64,000 bases of DNA, from the sequence record OP752703.1; one strand, given 5' to 3'. Both the position numbers and the translations under genes were made by a program. The first letter of the stretch is position 1; every line of letters starts with the position of its first letter. The notes beneath the pieces are model-generated. The model had not been told where the DNA came from and did no database searches. It saw only the letters and a list, made by a program, of their open reading frames with translations. Positions 1 to 9,691 of this stretch are shown here, piece after piece.

Positions 1-60
1 GTACGCAGTAACCCGTTGTAAAACTAACCTTAACTAAACCAAACCATAGGAATAAATGCA

Positions 61-366
61 ATGAGCGAAACCGTCAAGAACGAAACCACCACCGTTGCCG
101 TCGAAGTGAAGACCCTTCCGGCCTTCCGTCAGGAAGGCGATTTCATCGAAGCCACCGCCAAGGCCCTGATTGAACACGGCCTGACCATCAACGACAAGCC
201 GGCCGCACTGACCGACATTTCCAGCATGGCAAAGCTCGGCTTTGTGGAAACCATCGGCATCGCCGAAAAGGCCAAGAGTGAAGATGGTAAGGCAACCCGT
301 GGCCCGTCCGCTGCTGTGTACCGCCTCGCAACCAACACCGGCTTTTTCCGCGTGGCTCTGCGCTAA
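61..366 (+). CDS. Hypothetical early protein
   Basis: GGA RBS, biased codons, terminator after. Confidence 0.85.
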   Translation: MSETVKNETTTVAVEVKTLPAFRQEGDFIEATAKALIEHGLTINDKPAALTDISSMAKLGFVETIGIAEKAKSEDGKATRGPSAAVYRLATNTGFFRVALR

Positions 367-388
367 TCCGCAACCACAATAGCACGAA

Positions 389-415
389 AGAAAAGGGGCC
401 GAAAGGCCCTTTTTC
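389..415 (+). terminator. Intrinsic terminator
   Basis: AAAAGGGGCC-GAAA-GGCCCTTTTT. Confidence 0.85.
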
Positions 416-471
416 TGTTGACAATCCCTAGAAACCTGCTAATATACACACATCAACCACGGAGCTAGATC

Positions 472-744
472 ATGGATCAGAAAGTCATTACCCGAATCGC
501 AGTCATCCGCGCAATCGAAAGTCTGTTCGACGGGATCACCGACGACGATCATGCGTTGTTCGTGTTTGAAGTGATGGCCGAGTTCCCCGACGATCAGCGC
601 GTATCGGCCATTGACGTGAATGGCGCACAGGCAAAGTGGCTTTACAAGAGCTACCCGCTGCCCATGTTCAGGGAAGCCCTGAACAACCGCGTCACGGTGA
701 ATGCGGATACTGTCGCATTGAATCTGTTGGTAAATCAACTTTAA
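472..744 (+). CDS. Hypothetical early protein
   Basis: Cassette promoter and GGAG RBS. Confidence 0.85.
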   Translation: MDQKVITRIAVIRAIESLFDGITDDDHALFVFEVMAEFPDDQRVSAIDVNGAQAKWLYKSYPLPMFREALNNRVTVNADTVALNLLVNQL

Positions 745-807
745 AAAGTAGTTGACACCCGCCAGAAATCTGTTAATATACACACATCAACTACGGAGTA
801 ACTAAAA

Positions 808-1212
808 ATGGTCAAGTATCCCGAAGGTTCCAGCGATGAAATCCAGATGGAAGTCATCGCGTCTCTGCTGTTGAAGCTGAAAGCCATTTTCCCGACCAGC
901 GGTATTCGCGTAATTCAGCGCGTTTTCATTGGCGAAAGTAACATTCACATTCGTTACACCAATGCACGTACCGATGAAAATTGCATGGCAGGGTATTATG
1001 AAAATGACCCAGCTTACATGCTGTTTTCCATTGAATATGATGGCGAAGGCTTCTACATTGAAGCTCCGTCCACTCATTCCAATGTTCTAAAAAATGCCGG
1101 TGTCAAGTTCCGCAAGATCAAGGGCGCAACTGAAAAGGCATGTGCTGACAAGCTGGCCGCATGGTTCAAGAAAAATTCTGCGGAATTCCTGAAATTGGGC
1201 TTGTCTCGCTAA
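808..1212 (+). CDS. Hypothetical early protein
   Basis: Cassette promoter and GGAG RBS. Confidence 0.85.
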   Translation: MVKYPEGSSDEIQMEVIASLLLKLKAIFPTSGIRVIQRVFIGESNIHIRYTNARTDENCMAGYYENDPAYMLFSIEYDGEGFYIEAPSTHSNVLKNAGVKFRKIKGATEKACADKLAAWFKKNSAEFLKLGLSR

Positions 1213-1235
1213 TCGAACTAGGATAGAATACACAC

Positions 1236-1439
1236 ATGGATACCAAACTTTACAACGACTATAAGCAGGTCGAGAGCAATCCCCCGCCGCGTACACCCTC
1301 ACGACCCTTCCCGCCACAAGCGGGGGCAACCCCGGAACAATACCGCAAGTATGCGGATGAACTGGACAAGTACAATGCCGACGCTATCGTGTTTGCTGCA
1401 AAGCGCGATGAATGCGTGATAAGGCCCGTGAAGCGGTGA
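1236..1439 (+). CDS. Hypothetical Pro-rich protein, probably leaderless
   Basis: TTGTCT-17-TAGAAT-ACACAC-ATG. Confidence 0.75.
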   Translation: MDTKLYNDYKQVESNPPPRTPSRPFPPQAGATPEQYRKYADELDKYNADAIVFAAKRDECVIRPVKR

Positions 1440-1618
1440 TGGATTCCATCATTGAGGAATACTCCCGCTCCCCGTTCAAGCGCGAAACCATCAGTTATAT
1501 CCTGAACCATGCTGTGCATGCAACGGACAGCCTGACCGAAGCGGACGACATGATGATGGAGCTTGTCCAGCTTGTGCGCGACGTGATCGCTATCGAAAAG
1601 GGCGAACCTGTCCACTAA
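1439..1618 (+). CDS. Hypothetical protein (start moved from 1412)
   Basis: TGATG overlap with upstream stop. Confidence 0.7.
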   Translation: MDSIIEEYSRSPFKRETISYILNHAVHATDSLTEADDMMMELVQLVRDVIAIEKGEPVH

Positions 1619-1682
1619 AAACGCTTGACAAGGTGTGTGTAGCCCTGTAATCTACACACATCAACTCAACGGAGCAACACAG

Positions 1683-1775
1683 ATGGAAGACGCCGCAGAC
1701 CTCGCCTACATCAACGATATGGAAGCGAACGCTGAATACGCCAACTTTGATGCACAGGAATACGGGGAGGGTTAA
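1683..1775 (+). CDS. 30-aa acidic peptide MEDAADLAYINDMEANAEYANFDAQEYGEG
   Basis: Own cassette promoter and GGAG RBS; not in ORF track. Confidence 0.7.
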   Translation: MEDAADLAYINDMEANAEYANFDAQEYGEG

Positions 1776-1844
1776 CCTCCCCCGCTTGACAAACCAGAAA
1801 TAACCCCTATACTACACACACCAACCAACAAACCGGAGTCTAAA

Positions 1845-2123
1845 ATGTCCTACATCGTCAAGGTGAACGGTAAGACCACCACTGAAACCTCCTACAACGC
1901 CGCTGGTGCCACTGTCAAGGCTTCCGTGGCCCGTGTGGCTGCATCCCTGCGTGAACCGCTGCGCAAGGGCCTGTATCGATCCCCGAAGGCACAGACGCGA
2001 GCAAATGCCGAACGCCTGAACAGGGCTGTAAAGCTGGAAGCCGCCAAGGTCACGTTGCCCAAGGCCGCTGGCGATGCTTTCGGTAAGCTGCCCGGCTTCA
2101 CCTTCGCCATTGCCCGTCGATAA
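1845..2123 (+). CDS. Basic Ala-rich hypothetical protein
   Basis: Cassette promoter and GGAG. Confidence 0.85.
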   Translation: MSYIVKVNGKTTTETSYNAAGATVKASVARVAASLREPLRKGLYRSPKAQTRANAERLNRAVKLEAAKVTLPKAAGDAFGKLPGFTFAIARR

Positions 2124-2142
2124 GACGGGCTTTAGGGGTAGT

Positions 2143-2388
2143 ATGCTACTAAATCTAAATCATCAAGAAAACGCCCAGCGCGTAGCTATCGCAAACCGCC
2201 AGAAACTCTACCATACCGCATCCGCTGCGAAGGTGGGTGAGACTTGCAAGTGTCCAAGCTGTGTGCGAGAATTCGTTAAGAAATCGTATCAGCAAAAATT
2301 CTGCTCTAACAAGGGTGGTGGGAACTGCAAAGATACCTATTGGAATGCAGTAGACCCTAAGCGTGCTGGACGCGGTTTCATTCTCTAA
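2143..2388 (+). CDS. Putative zinc-finger protein
   Basis: CPSC...QKFCS...CKDTYWN; start moved to ATG 2143. Confidence 0.7.
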   Translation: MLLNLNHQENAQRVAIANRQKLYHTASAAKVGETCKCPSCVREFVKKSYQQKFCSNKGGGNCKDTYWNAVDPKRAGRGFIL

Positions 2389-2397
2389 AGGATTCCC

Positions 2398-2574
2398 ATG
2401 GAATACGAAAAAATCTCCCTGTCCCTTTCGCACTTTCAGGTGCAGGAAGCGATTAAGCAGCTAGTAAGGCAAGACTTCCCCGACCACTCTGTGGTTAATA
2501 TTAGCATCCGCGCAGATGGCGGTGCAAATGTGGAAGTCAAGAACCGCGAACCGCGATACAGTCAAAGGGATTGA
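2398..2574 (+). CDS. 58-aa hypothetical protein
   Basis: AAGGA RBS; TGA stop lies in next TTGACA. Confidence 0.7.
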   Translation: MEYEKISLSLSHFQVQEAIKQLVRQDFPDHSVVNISIRADGGANVEVKNREPRYSQRD

Positions 2575-2627
2575 CAGGCACTAAAAACCTGTTATAGTAC
2601 ACACATCAACTAAACCAAGGCATTCAA

Positions 2628-3419
2628 ATGTCCCGTATCGCCCGATCCGAACTGGCCCCACTCGCTGATGAAATCCGCCGCTTGATTGTGGAACGACTCG
2701 GGACAAGGGATGACTTCATGGTTACCCCTGCGGTGATCGCTGAACTGTTTGGCGACAACAATATTGATTCGTTCAATCTGCGTCAAGCACTTGAATGCCA
2801 CACCGGCAACGTGATGGCTCGCACGCCGCATTTCCTCGCCCACCTTCACGCTGCACTGGTAGCCAAGGGCCATGACCGTCTGAATCCGTATGAAATTAGC
2901 TCCTGTGATCGTCGCGTTTCGTTCATCGAAACGGTAGACCCCAAGGTTAAGCTATTGGCCTTTGAAAATCAAAACTTTACCTATATGGTACTGTTGAAGC
3001 CTGATATTCTGACAAAGTATGTCGGCGATAAGATCATGCAATATGAAATGCACGTCCGTGCCAGCACGCCAGCAGCGCCACAAAATCACTACCGCTACAA
3101 CAATCCGGGCATTAAGCGCGTCCCGTATGGTAACAAGCTGGCTAATGAATTCACCGACTATCACGGCTATTTCCGTTTTCTGGATTCACGTGATCGTGGG
3201 TTCGTTGGCTGCATCAAGCCTGAACAGTCTTACAAGGTCGCTGCGGACGGTAAATTCACTGACCGCGACGAAATCGTGTGGATCGGTAAGGATACAGTGG
3301 GTGCTATCTTTGGCGCTAGTGCCATACTGGATGAACTGAAAGCATATACCACCATGGCGGAAGAAACTTTTCAAGAATTGGAGTACAAAGTAGTTGACAA
3401 GGCCAGCGAAGGGGGCTAA
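2628..3419 (+). CDS. Hypothetical early protein
   Basis: 263 aa ORF with cassette promoter. Confidence 0.85.
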   Translation: MSRIARSELAPLADEIRRLIVERLGTRDDFMVTPAVIAELFGDNNIDSFNLRQALECHTGNVMARTPHFLAHLHAALVAKGHDRLNPYEISSCDRRVSFIETVDPKVKLLAFENQNFTYMVLLKPDILTKYVGDKIMQYEMHVRASTPAAPQNHYRYNNPGIKRVPYGNKLANEFTDYHGYFRFLDSRDRGFVGCIKPEQSYKVAADGKFTDRDEIVWIGKDTVGAIFGASAILDELKAYTTMAEETFQELEYKVVDKASEGG

Positions 3420-3450
3420 TATACACACATCAACTACGGAGTGACACGAA

Positions 3451-3603
3451 ATGAACGCTTGGAACCTGATTTCCTTCCTGCTGGTCGTCATCGCCCTGAT
3501 CGAAGCCTACCAGATGAATTGGGCGCGTCCGAAGTTCGTTAGCTGGGCAACCATTGCTGGCCTGTGGCTGGTCGGTTCCTTCGCACTGTGGCTGGTGTCC
3601 TGA
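3451..3603 (+). CDS. 50-aa two-helix membrane protein
   Basis: Cassette promoter; MNAWNLISFLLVVIALIEA...IAGLWLVGSFALWLVS. Confidence 0.75.
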   Translation: MNAWNLISFLLVVIALIEAYQMNWARPKFVSWATIAGLWLVGSFALWLVS

Positions 3604-3683
3604 TGCTCTACACTATCTGCAAGTGGTCGTATATCGGCCTTTGGATTGTTTGCATCGGCTGCGCAGTCTACCGCGTAATCTGA
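3603..3683 (+). CDS. 26-aa membrane peptide
   Basis: TGATG coupling; MLYTICKWSYIGLWIVCIGCAVYRVI. Confidence 0.55.
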   Translation: MLYTICKWSYIGLWIVCIGCAVYRVI

Positions 3684-3752
3684 TTTAAAAAAGGGGTTGC
3701 AATCGTAACCCCTCCCCTGTATACTACACACATACCAACCAAGGATTAAAAC

Positions 3753-4028
3753 ATGGCTCGTCTCGTTACTGGTGTCGTTCGTATTGAAAAGCGTTCGGTA
3801 GCCAAGCGCTTCCGCTCCACTGACGGCAACATGTATCATTCGGCTCTAGGTGCCAATATCCAGCAGAAGGCAATCAACCGGGCGAACGCTGCACGGGATA
3901 TTTTCGACCGTCTCGGCCTGACCATGCCCAGCAATAAAAACGTGGTGAGCATCAATCGCCTGATCGGTGTTCTGCGCCACAACCCGAAGGAAGCTGCGAA
4001 GTTTATCAAGCTTTTGCAGGAAGCGTAA
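3753..4028 (+). CDS. Basic hypothetical protein
   Basis: Hairpin promoter and AAGGA. Confidence 0.85.
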   Translation: MARLVTGVVRIEKRSVAKRFRSTDGNMYHSALGANIQQKAINRANAARDIFDRLGLTMPSNKNVVSINRLIGVLRHNPKEAAKFIKLLQEA

Positions 4029-4100
4029 CTAAATAAAACTGGACAAACAAGAGGCAGGGGGCTACAATCTCCTGCCTCAACTACTTTAAAGGAATCCAAA

Positions 4101-4238
4101 ATGCACAACCCCGTACACAAGCACAGCAAAAACATTAACAAGCCCAAAACGCACCGTGATCGTAAGAACGATTACAAGCGCAAAGACCGCAATAACAGGA
4201 ATGGTTCGGATGGAAGTTCGGACCATTTTTGTTTCTAA
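4101..4238 (+). CDS. 45-aa basic peptide
   Basis: AAGGA RBS; MHNPVHKHSKNINKPKTHRDRK. Confidence 0.65.
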   Translation: MHNPVHKHSKNINKPKTHRDRKNDYKRKDRNNRNGSDGSSDHFCF

Positions 4239-4299
4239 AGTGCTTGCATTCCTTTAAAGTCTGTCCTATACTACACGCACACTTTAAAGGAATACAAGC

Positions 4300-4587
4300 A
4301 TGCTTGATGAAGAATTTGGTTTTGAATTTGGTATTGGATTGGAGTTCGTTTCTCCTGCTGAATCCCTGCGCTACAGGGTTAATAAGCTCGAAACCATTCG
4401 TAACAAAATGCTTGAATGCTTGGAAAGCGCCAATGATGACCTTGCATCCATCGGGGTAGAATTGCAGTTCAATACTGCCATTGCGCATCCGTCCTACGAA
4501 ATCCATCTGATTGACGATCTTATCACAAAGCTGTCGGCTGAATTGGCAATCGAATCTCGCAAAGAAAAGCTTGCACAATCCGTTTAA
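4300..4587 (+). CDS. Acidic hypothetical protein
   Basis: TATACT-ACACGCAC and AAGGA. Confidence 0.8.
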   Translation: MLDEEFGFEFGIGLEFVSPAESLRYRVNKLETIRNKMLECLESANDDLASIGVELQFNTAIAHPSYEIHLIDDLITKLSAELAIESRKEKLAQSV

Positions 4588-4629
4588 ACCTGTATACTAC
4601 ACACATCAACCAACAACACGGAGTTAGCC

Positions 4630-5004
4630 ATGACCCTCAGCATCGCCACCGTCGAACGTCGCTTCACTTCCTTTGACGTGTACCTGAACGATAAGCTGAT
4701 CGACACCACTTTCCACCAAGGCGAGACGGTCGAGGATCAGAAGCGCTCGCTGATCGACCATGACGGCTATGATTCGGAAATCGAAGTCTACGGCGTGGCC
4801 GAATCGGTTCTCCCGCTGACAAAAAAGGAAATGCGTACCCTGCTGGAAGACGTGGGCGGCGAAGTGTTTCAGGACGTGGTGAGCTGGCATTGGCGCGATG
4901 ACACGGGCGCAAGCCTGCCGTTCCAGACCGAAAGCGATGCACTGGCCGATGCCGTCGAATCGCTGGGACTGGACACCAAGGGTATCGAGGATACCCGCCA
5001 GTAA
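4630..5004 (+). CDS. Hypothetical phage protein
   Basis: Cassette promoter; KRSLIDHDGY segment. Confidence 0.85.
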   Translation: MTLSIATVERRFTSFDVYLNDKLIDTTFHQGETVEDQKRSLIDHDGYDSEIEVYGVAESVLPLTKKEMRTLLEDVGGEVFQDVVSWHWRDDTGASLPFQTESDALADAVESLGLDTKGIEDTRQ

Positions 5005-5075
5005 AAAGATTTAAAAGGGGGTTGCAAAAGATCGTAACCCCCTGTATACTACACGCACACCACAAGGAAATCGCA

Positions 5076-5387
5076 ATGGACGTTGAAGCCCGCATTCGTG
5101 AATTCGCCGCCAAGCTGGAAGACTACTGCAATGCCGACCAGCCGGATTACCTGCAACAAAAGGTGACGATCATCACTGGCAAGAAGTATGTAAAGATTGC
5201 CATTGGTTATGTCAAGAGTGAAGGCCGCAGCGTCTATTGTTTCATTGACCAGAGCAACGGCGATATTTACAAGGCCGCAAGCTGGAAGGCCCCGGCCAAG
5301 GGTGTGCGCGGTTCGATCTTTAACGATAACTGCGACGTGGGTGACGACAAGCCCTGCAATCGATTCGGGAGCGGATTGTACCGCTAA
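5076..5387 (+). CDS. Conserved phage protein (GKKYxKI...GDIYKAASWKAPAK type)
   Basis: Motif recalled from many large phages; start moved to 5076. Confidence 0.8.
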   Translation: MDVEARIREFAAKLEDYCNADQPDYLQQKVTIITGKKYVKIAIGYVKSEGRSVYCFIDQSNGDIYKAASWKAPAKGVRGSIFNDNCDVGDDKPCNRFGSGLYR

Positions 5388-5427
5388 AACAGTTGACATA
5401 GGGTTCAAGTAGAATTAAACTGAACAC

Positions 5428-5649
5428 CTAACGTAATCCCATCAACGAGAAACGATACCACTAAGGGGGTTGGAAAGTATGTAACGGTTAAACTTAATTT
5501 TACTCTATCTTATTAAATTAATCTTGTATACTTAAACGCAACACCGTAACATTGTAAACCACGTTAGCAGCAGGGAGCGCCCATAAAAGCAACGCTAACA
5601 TAACATCGTAAACCACGGCCCGCTAGTGAGTTCACCTAGCGGGCTTTTT
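5428..5649 (+). ncRNA. Candidate non-coding RNA of about 220 nt
   Basis: TTGACA(5393)-17-TAAACT(5416); no usable ORF; terminator 5618-5649. Confidence 0.55.
5618..5649 (+). terminator. Intrinsic terminator
   Basis: GCCCGCTAG-N9-CTAGCGGGC-TTTTT. Confidence 0.88.
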
Positions 5650-5783
5650 CGTGTCTAATCAATGACTTAGCGGGATATATCCCCGGCCTACCATCCATTT
5701 TACAGCAAATATAATTTAATGCAAGGGGTTGCAATGAAATAAAATAGGCGTATACTACACACATACCAACAACGGAGCTACAC

Positions 5784-6008
5784 ATGAACACCATTCGCGT
5801 CGATACCAACAATGCCAAGTGCGCCCCGTGCGGGATGAATTCGATTCGCTATATCGGTGACAACATGGCTGCGGCCCGTCGCGCTTTCGACAATGCTACG
5901 GTCGGCATTGATGCGTGGGGTAAGGCTAATCCGGCCTATGGTATCGTCCTGTCGAAGTGGGATCGATCCAAAAACGATTATGTGGTGATTGATAGCAAGG
6001 GCTTGTAA
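5784..6008 (+). CDS. Hypothetical early protein
   Basis: Cassette promoter and GGAG. Confidence 0.85.
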   Translation: MNTIRVDTNNAKCAPCGMNSIRYIGDNMAAARRAFDNATVGIDAWGKANPAYGIVLSKWDRSKNDYVVIDSKGL

Positions 6009-6057
6009 TTCTCAAAGACTGCTGTATACTACACACATACCAACCACGGAGTTACAC

Positions 6058-6162
6058 ATGAACAACCAAGGCACCCTTGAAGAACGTTACGCGATCTATC
6101 TGGCCTGCGCAAAGGATTTGGGTTGGCAGATCAAGACTTTCGATGAATGGTTGAATAGTTGA
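6058..6162 (+). CDS. 34-aa peptide
   Basis: Cassette promoter and GGAG; stop inside next TTGACA. Confidence 0.7.
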   Translation: MNNQGTLEERYAIYLACAKDLGWQIKTFDEWLNS

Positions 6163-6216
6163 CACAAGCCAAAATCCTGTTATACTAACCACACACACAC
6201 TAACAAGGAAGCACGA

Positions 6217-6984
6217 ATGCCCATCACCGATAACGCTACTGTCATTCTCACCGACGCGGACGGCAACCGTTTCCGCGCAAGCATGGAACAGGCCAACGCA
6301 CTGGCCGCAATGGAACAGGCCAACAAGGGTGGCTTTGCTACCATCATCGGTTATCAGCCGTCAAGCGACTACGTGGTTAAGCCGCTGCACGATTATCAGG
6401 TCATCACCCGTTTTGACTATGGTCGCCTGAACAACCGTAAGCGCGATGCACTGGAAGGTATCACGTGGAATCAGGTTAAGGATGAAATTCTGGCCCTGCC
6501 CAAGGTGATCGAACTGGTCAAGGCCAAGGGTGAAGAACACGTGCGCGGCATTTTCAACGAACGCAAGGCAAAGGAACTGGACAGCATCCACGTTTCGGCA
6601 ATGGGCGACCGTTCCGATGCACACCGACAGGGCCATGATCGTTGCTATGGCCGCATTGTCGAAGGTGTCCGCGTTCATTACAAGACTGAAAAGGTTGACG
6701 GCATCATGCAGCCGGTGTTCACTGATGGACTGCCTACCGCTGATTCCATCATGTTGAACGTGCTGATCCTGAGCCGTAACGTGCGTGAACCGGGTGAACG
6801 TAAGGTAGTGAACAGCGGCGTTCCAGTGCTTATCTCCAACGTCCTGAAAAAGCAGATGAACAGCCGCAGCGTGGGTTTCAAGGCACTGAGCTTGAAGCCG
6901 GGCAATTTTGAAGAAGTGCGTATGGGCGGTGTCACCCTGAACGAAGCTGACACGGCCCGACTCGGCGACCTGCTGATTCTGTAA
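6217..6984 (+). CDS. Hypothetical early protein
   Basis: 255 aa, cassette promoter, AAGGA. Confidence 0.88.
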   Translation: MPITDNATVILTDADGNRFRASMEQANALAAMEQANKGGFATIIGYQPSSDYVVKPLHDYQVITRFDYGRLNNRKRDALEGITWNQVKDEILALPKVIELVKAKGEEHVRGIFNERKAKELDSIHVSAMGDRSDAHRQGHDRCYGRIVEGVRVHYKTEKVDGIMQPVFTDGLPTADSIMLNVLILSRNVREPGERKVVNSGVPVLISNVLKKQMNSRSVGFKALSLKPGNFEEVRMGGVTLNEADTARLGDLLIL

Positions 6985-7003
6985 CCGATCAGCCTAACAG
7001 AAA

Positions 7004-7027
7004 GCCCTAGAGAAATCTAGGGCTTTT
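7004..7027 (+). terminator. Intrinsic terminator, identical to 12879-12902
   Basis: GCCCTAGA-GAAA-TCTAGGGC-TTTT. Confidence 0.88.
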
Positions 7028-7099
7028 TTAATTCAAAAAGTGCTTGACAGGGCATTACCTAGGCCCCATAATACACGCATCAACTACGGAGCAAACCAC

Positions 7100-7408
7100 A
7101 TGCGCAAGATTGAAGCCCAACTGATCGAAGCAATCCGCCAGAATCGTGAGTGGTCCAGTGGTAACACTACCTTTGCCGGTGGCCTTGTCCTGCTGCACGG
7201 TCACGTGATCGCCCGCAAGGATGGAAGCATCTGGCAGATCAATCTCCAAGGTTGGAACACCGCCACCACCCGTTCCCGTCTTACTGCCATTCTGTCGGAA
7301 CTGGTTGGCACCGCATTCAGTGTGACCACAAAGAATGGGCAGGCTTATATCAACTATCGTAACGGTTTCAGCAAGGCCATTGCCAGCGAAGGTTGGCACA
7401 GTGTCTAA
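7100..7408 (+). CDS. Conserved phage protein (GWNTxTTRSRL type)
   Basis: Cassette promoter; start moved to 7100. Confidence 0.8.
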   Translation: MRKIEAQLIEAIRQNREWSSGNTTFAGGLVLLHGHVIARKDGSIWQINLQGWNTATTRSRLTAILSELVGTAFSVTTKNGQAYINYRNGFSKAIASEGWHSV

Positions 7409-7541
7409 CGAATCGGTATGGACAATCAAGGTATGGGACGGCTTTTCTAGCCGTTCCTTCACCCGAAGGGGGACGTATGGAGCGCTGGCTCAGGCGTATA
7501 TCTACAATGCCCCGCCCGGATATATTGTCAGCATTAGTTGA
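7401..7541 (+). CDS. Small hypothetical protein (GTG start)
   Basis: Fills gap; stop inside next TTGACA. Confidence 0.5.
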   Translation: MSNESVWTIKVWDGFSSRSFTRRGTYGALAQAYIYNAPPGYIVSIS

Positions 7542-7594
7542 CAATCCCTAAAATCCCTGTATACTACACACATACCAACCACATGAGGCACACC

Positions 7595-7822
7595 ATGGCA
7601 CGTTATATGCGATCCAATCTGGAACAGGAAATCGAAGCCATCAATCAGACTGGCGGACGCAATGGCCGAACCACCTATCTAAAGGTGCAGGCCCGCAATG
7701 GTTACACTGCCATTGACGAATATAGCGTAAGGCAAGGTGGTGGTGCAATCTGCCTGCGCAATATCCAGTGCGGAACGCCGCGTGAATGTCGTGAAAGTGC
7801 GATGGAATGGGCCGCAAATTAA
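7595..7822 (+). CDS. Hypothetical early protein
   Basis: Cassette promoter, GAGG RBS. Confidence 0.8.
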   Translation: MARYMRSNLEQEIEAINQTGGRNGRTTYLKVQARNGYTAIDEYSVRQGGGAICLRNIQCGTPRECRESAMEWAAN

Positions 7823-7883
7823 AGTTTGCATCCTGATCTAACTACTGTATACTAACCACACACAACAAACAAAGGGTAACACG

Positions 7884-8264
7884 ATGACCTCTCCCAACGT
7901 AATTCCGGGTTTCAAGAAGCTGAGTAAGCAGCGCATTTTTAATAAGGCAGTAGCTCACATTGCCGTCACCCGTCAACTTTCCGTTCGTGATGGGGGTTGC
8001 GTTTATGGTGGGTCTGGCTGTAACGCTGCACCGCTGCTGACCCCCGACGGTCGTGCGCTTGCGGATAGTGTCGGTAGTTGGCAATATCTCGTAGAAACGG
8101 GGTTTGTCCCCTCCAATAATGCCGAATTCATCGAGGAATTGCAGGAAGCTCACGATTCCGTGCGTATCGCACAGGATTTCATGCCAACGTGGAAAGAGAA
8201 CATGGCGGCTCTCGCAAAGCGCTGGAACCTGTCCACTTCCACCCTTGACAAGGTGCCTGCCTAA
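7884..8264 (+). CDS. Hypothetical phage protein with CxY..C and LQxAHD motifs
   Basis: Cassette promoter. Confidence 0.82.
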   Translation: MTSPNVIPGFKKLSKQRIFNKAVAHIAVTRQLSVRDGGCVYGGSGCNAAPLLTPDGRALADSVGSWQYLVETGFVPSNNAEFIEELQEAHDSVRIAQDFMPTWKENMAALAKRWNLSTSTLDKVPA

Positions 8265-8476
8265 TGGACGTTCAGAAGTTCCGCAAGATTCATGCCAAGT
8301 ACGAACAGGGCGACCGTCTGACCGATGCCGAACTGAAAACCCTGCTGGCATTTTATGACGATCTTGTCAAGGTGCTTGACACGGCCTATCTGCCCATGTT
8401 CACCCTGACTCAGCGCGAAGCATGGCAGAATCAGCGCCGTCTACGTTACATGCAGGAAGCCCGACAGGGCAAGTGA
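8264..8476 (+). CDS. Hypothetical protein
   Basis: TAATG coupling. Confidence 0.8.
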   Translation: MDVQKFRKIHAKYEQGDRLTDAELKTLLAFYDDLVKVLDTAYLPMFTLTQREAWQNQRRLRYMQEARQGK

Positions 8477-8556
8477 AAATAGTTTAAAAAAGGGGTTGCA
8501 TCCCGTAACCCCTTTCTGTATACTACACACATCAACCAACAACACGGAGCAACACC

Positions 8557-8724
8557 ATGGATTACCGCATCTACACCGTCGCCATCATGCTGGGTAACAA
8601 GATTGTGAAGGAAATCCACAACGTGTTCGCGCAGAATCGTGACCAAGCGATTGCCAATGCATGGCAGTCGAATGCAGCCCAGCCGTACCGCGATGGTAAG
8701 CACGAAGCCAAGGCGTATGCCTAA
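8557..8724 (+). CDS. 55-aa hypothetical protein
   Basis: Hairpin promoter and GGAG; not in ORF track. Confidence 0.75.
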   Translation: MDYRIYTVAIMLGNKIVKEIHNVFAQNRDQAIANAWQSNAAQPYRDGKHEAKAYA

Positions 8725-9089
8725 TGCGAGTCTATCGGATTCAGGACGCTAACAACCTAGGTCCGATGCACTACCTTAGCACCATTCGCCGCAACGTCAT
8801 CCATCACAAAGACCCCAGCGAAATGCAAGCCACTAAGGGTGGCGTACCGATCTACCCACAAATCGGTGGCAGTGCAGCCCGTTTCGGTTGGGATTCCCTC
8901 GAAAAGATTTGCGGATTCATCAAGTATCCGCGCTCTGTAGACGAAGCGGGTTATACCGTGGTAGTCTATGAAGTGGATGCAGACGAATGCGTATTGTATC
9001 CCGATGGTCAAGTGTTTTTCTACCCCTCCAAGGCTGAAAAGGTAGATGAATTTCTTTACAGCCAAGCGCTTGCAAAGCTGTTAGCATGA
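8724..9089 (+). CDS. Hypothetical protein (VYRI...GP N-terminus)
   Basis: TAATG coupling. Confidence 0.8.
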   Translation: MRVYRIQDANNLGPMHYLSTIRRNVIHHKDPSEMQATKGGVPIYPQIGGSAARFGWDSLEKICGFIKYPRSVDEAGYTVVVYEVDADECVLYPDGQVFFYPSKAEKVDEFLYSQALAKLLA

Positions 9090-9124
9090 CGCTATAATAC
9101 CCACACACCAACAAGGATTAACAA

Positions 9125-9691
9125 ATGTCCAGCGTAATGAAGAAGCTCACCACGACTCAGGCCGCAAACCTCGTTCGACTGATCGGCTCCCTGCGCAACC
9201 GCGCACAGACTGTCAGCGAGATGAAGGCTGGCTTGACGGATAAGAATGGCCTAGTGGCCTTCTATGCCCCGATGATTAATCACAGCGTGACGTTTAGCGA
9301 GCCGTTCGGCCATGCTCCGGTGATGCTGTTCGATGGTCACATGGTCACTGCCAACAACGTCAACCGTATCGCCAGTGCATTCAATGCCTCGTTCGGTCCC
9401 GCATTCTATAATGAAGTGCTGGAAAACGGCCAGTCGGCAAACGTGACTGTTTCGATCATAAATGACGTGATCCCGCATCTGGAAGCGTATCAGGCTCGCC
9501 ATGATCGTGAATTGCCGCTGCGCAAGTTGAAGGCTGCACGCGAACAGGTCCGTACCATGCTGAAAATCTTTGACAATCCGGCCACCCCGGAAGTGGCAAA
9601 GAACATTCCCGCCGCGACTGCTGCACGCTGGGGAGCGCTGGAAAAGCATCTTACCGCAGAAATTGCCAAGCTGGAATCTTTCGGCGTCTGA
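9125..9691 (+). CDS. Hypothetical early protein
   Basis: TTGCAA-17-TATAAT and AAGGA. Confidence 0.85.
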   Translation: MSSVMKKLTTTQAANLVRLIGSLRNRAQTVSEMKAGLTDKNGLVAFYAPMINHSVTFSEPFGHAPVMLFDGHMVTANNVNRIASAFNASFGPAFYNEVLENGQSANVTVSIINDVIPHLEAYQARHDRELPLRKLKAAREQVRTMLKIFDNPATPEVAKNIPAATAARWGALEKHLTAEIAKLESFGV

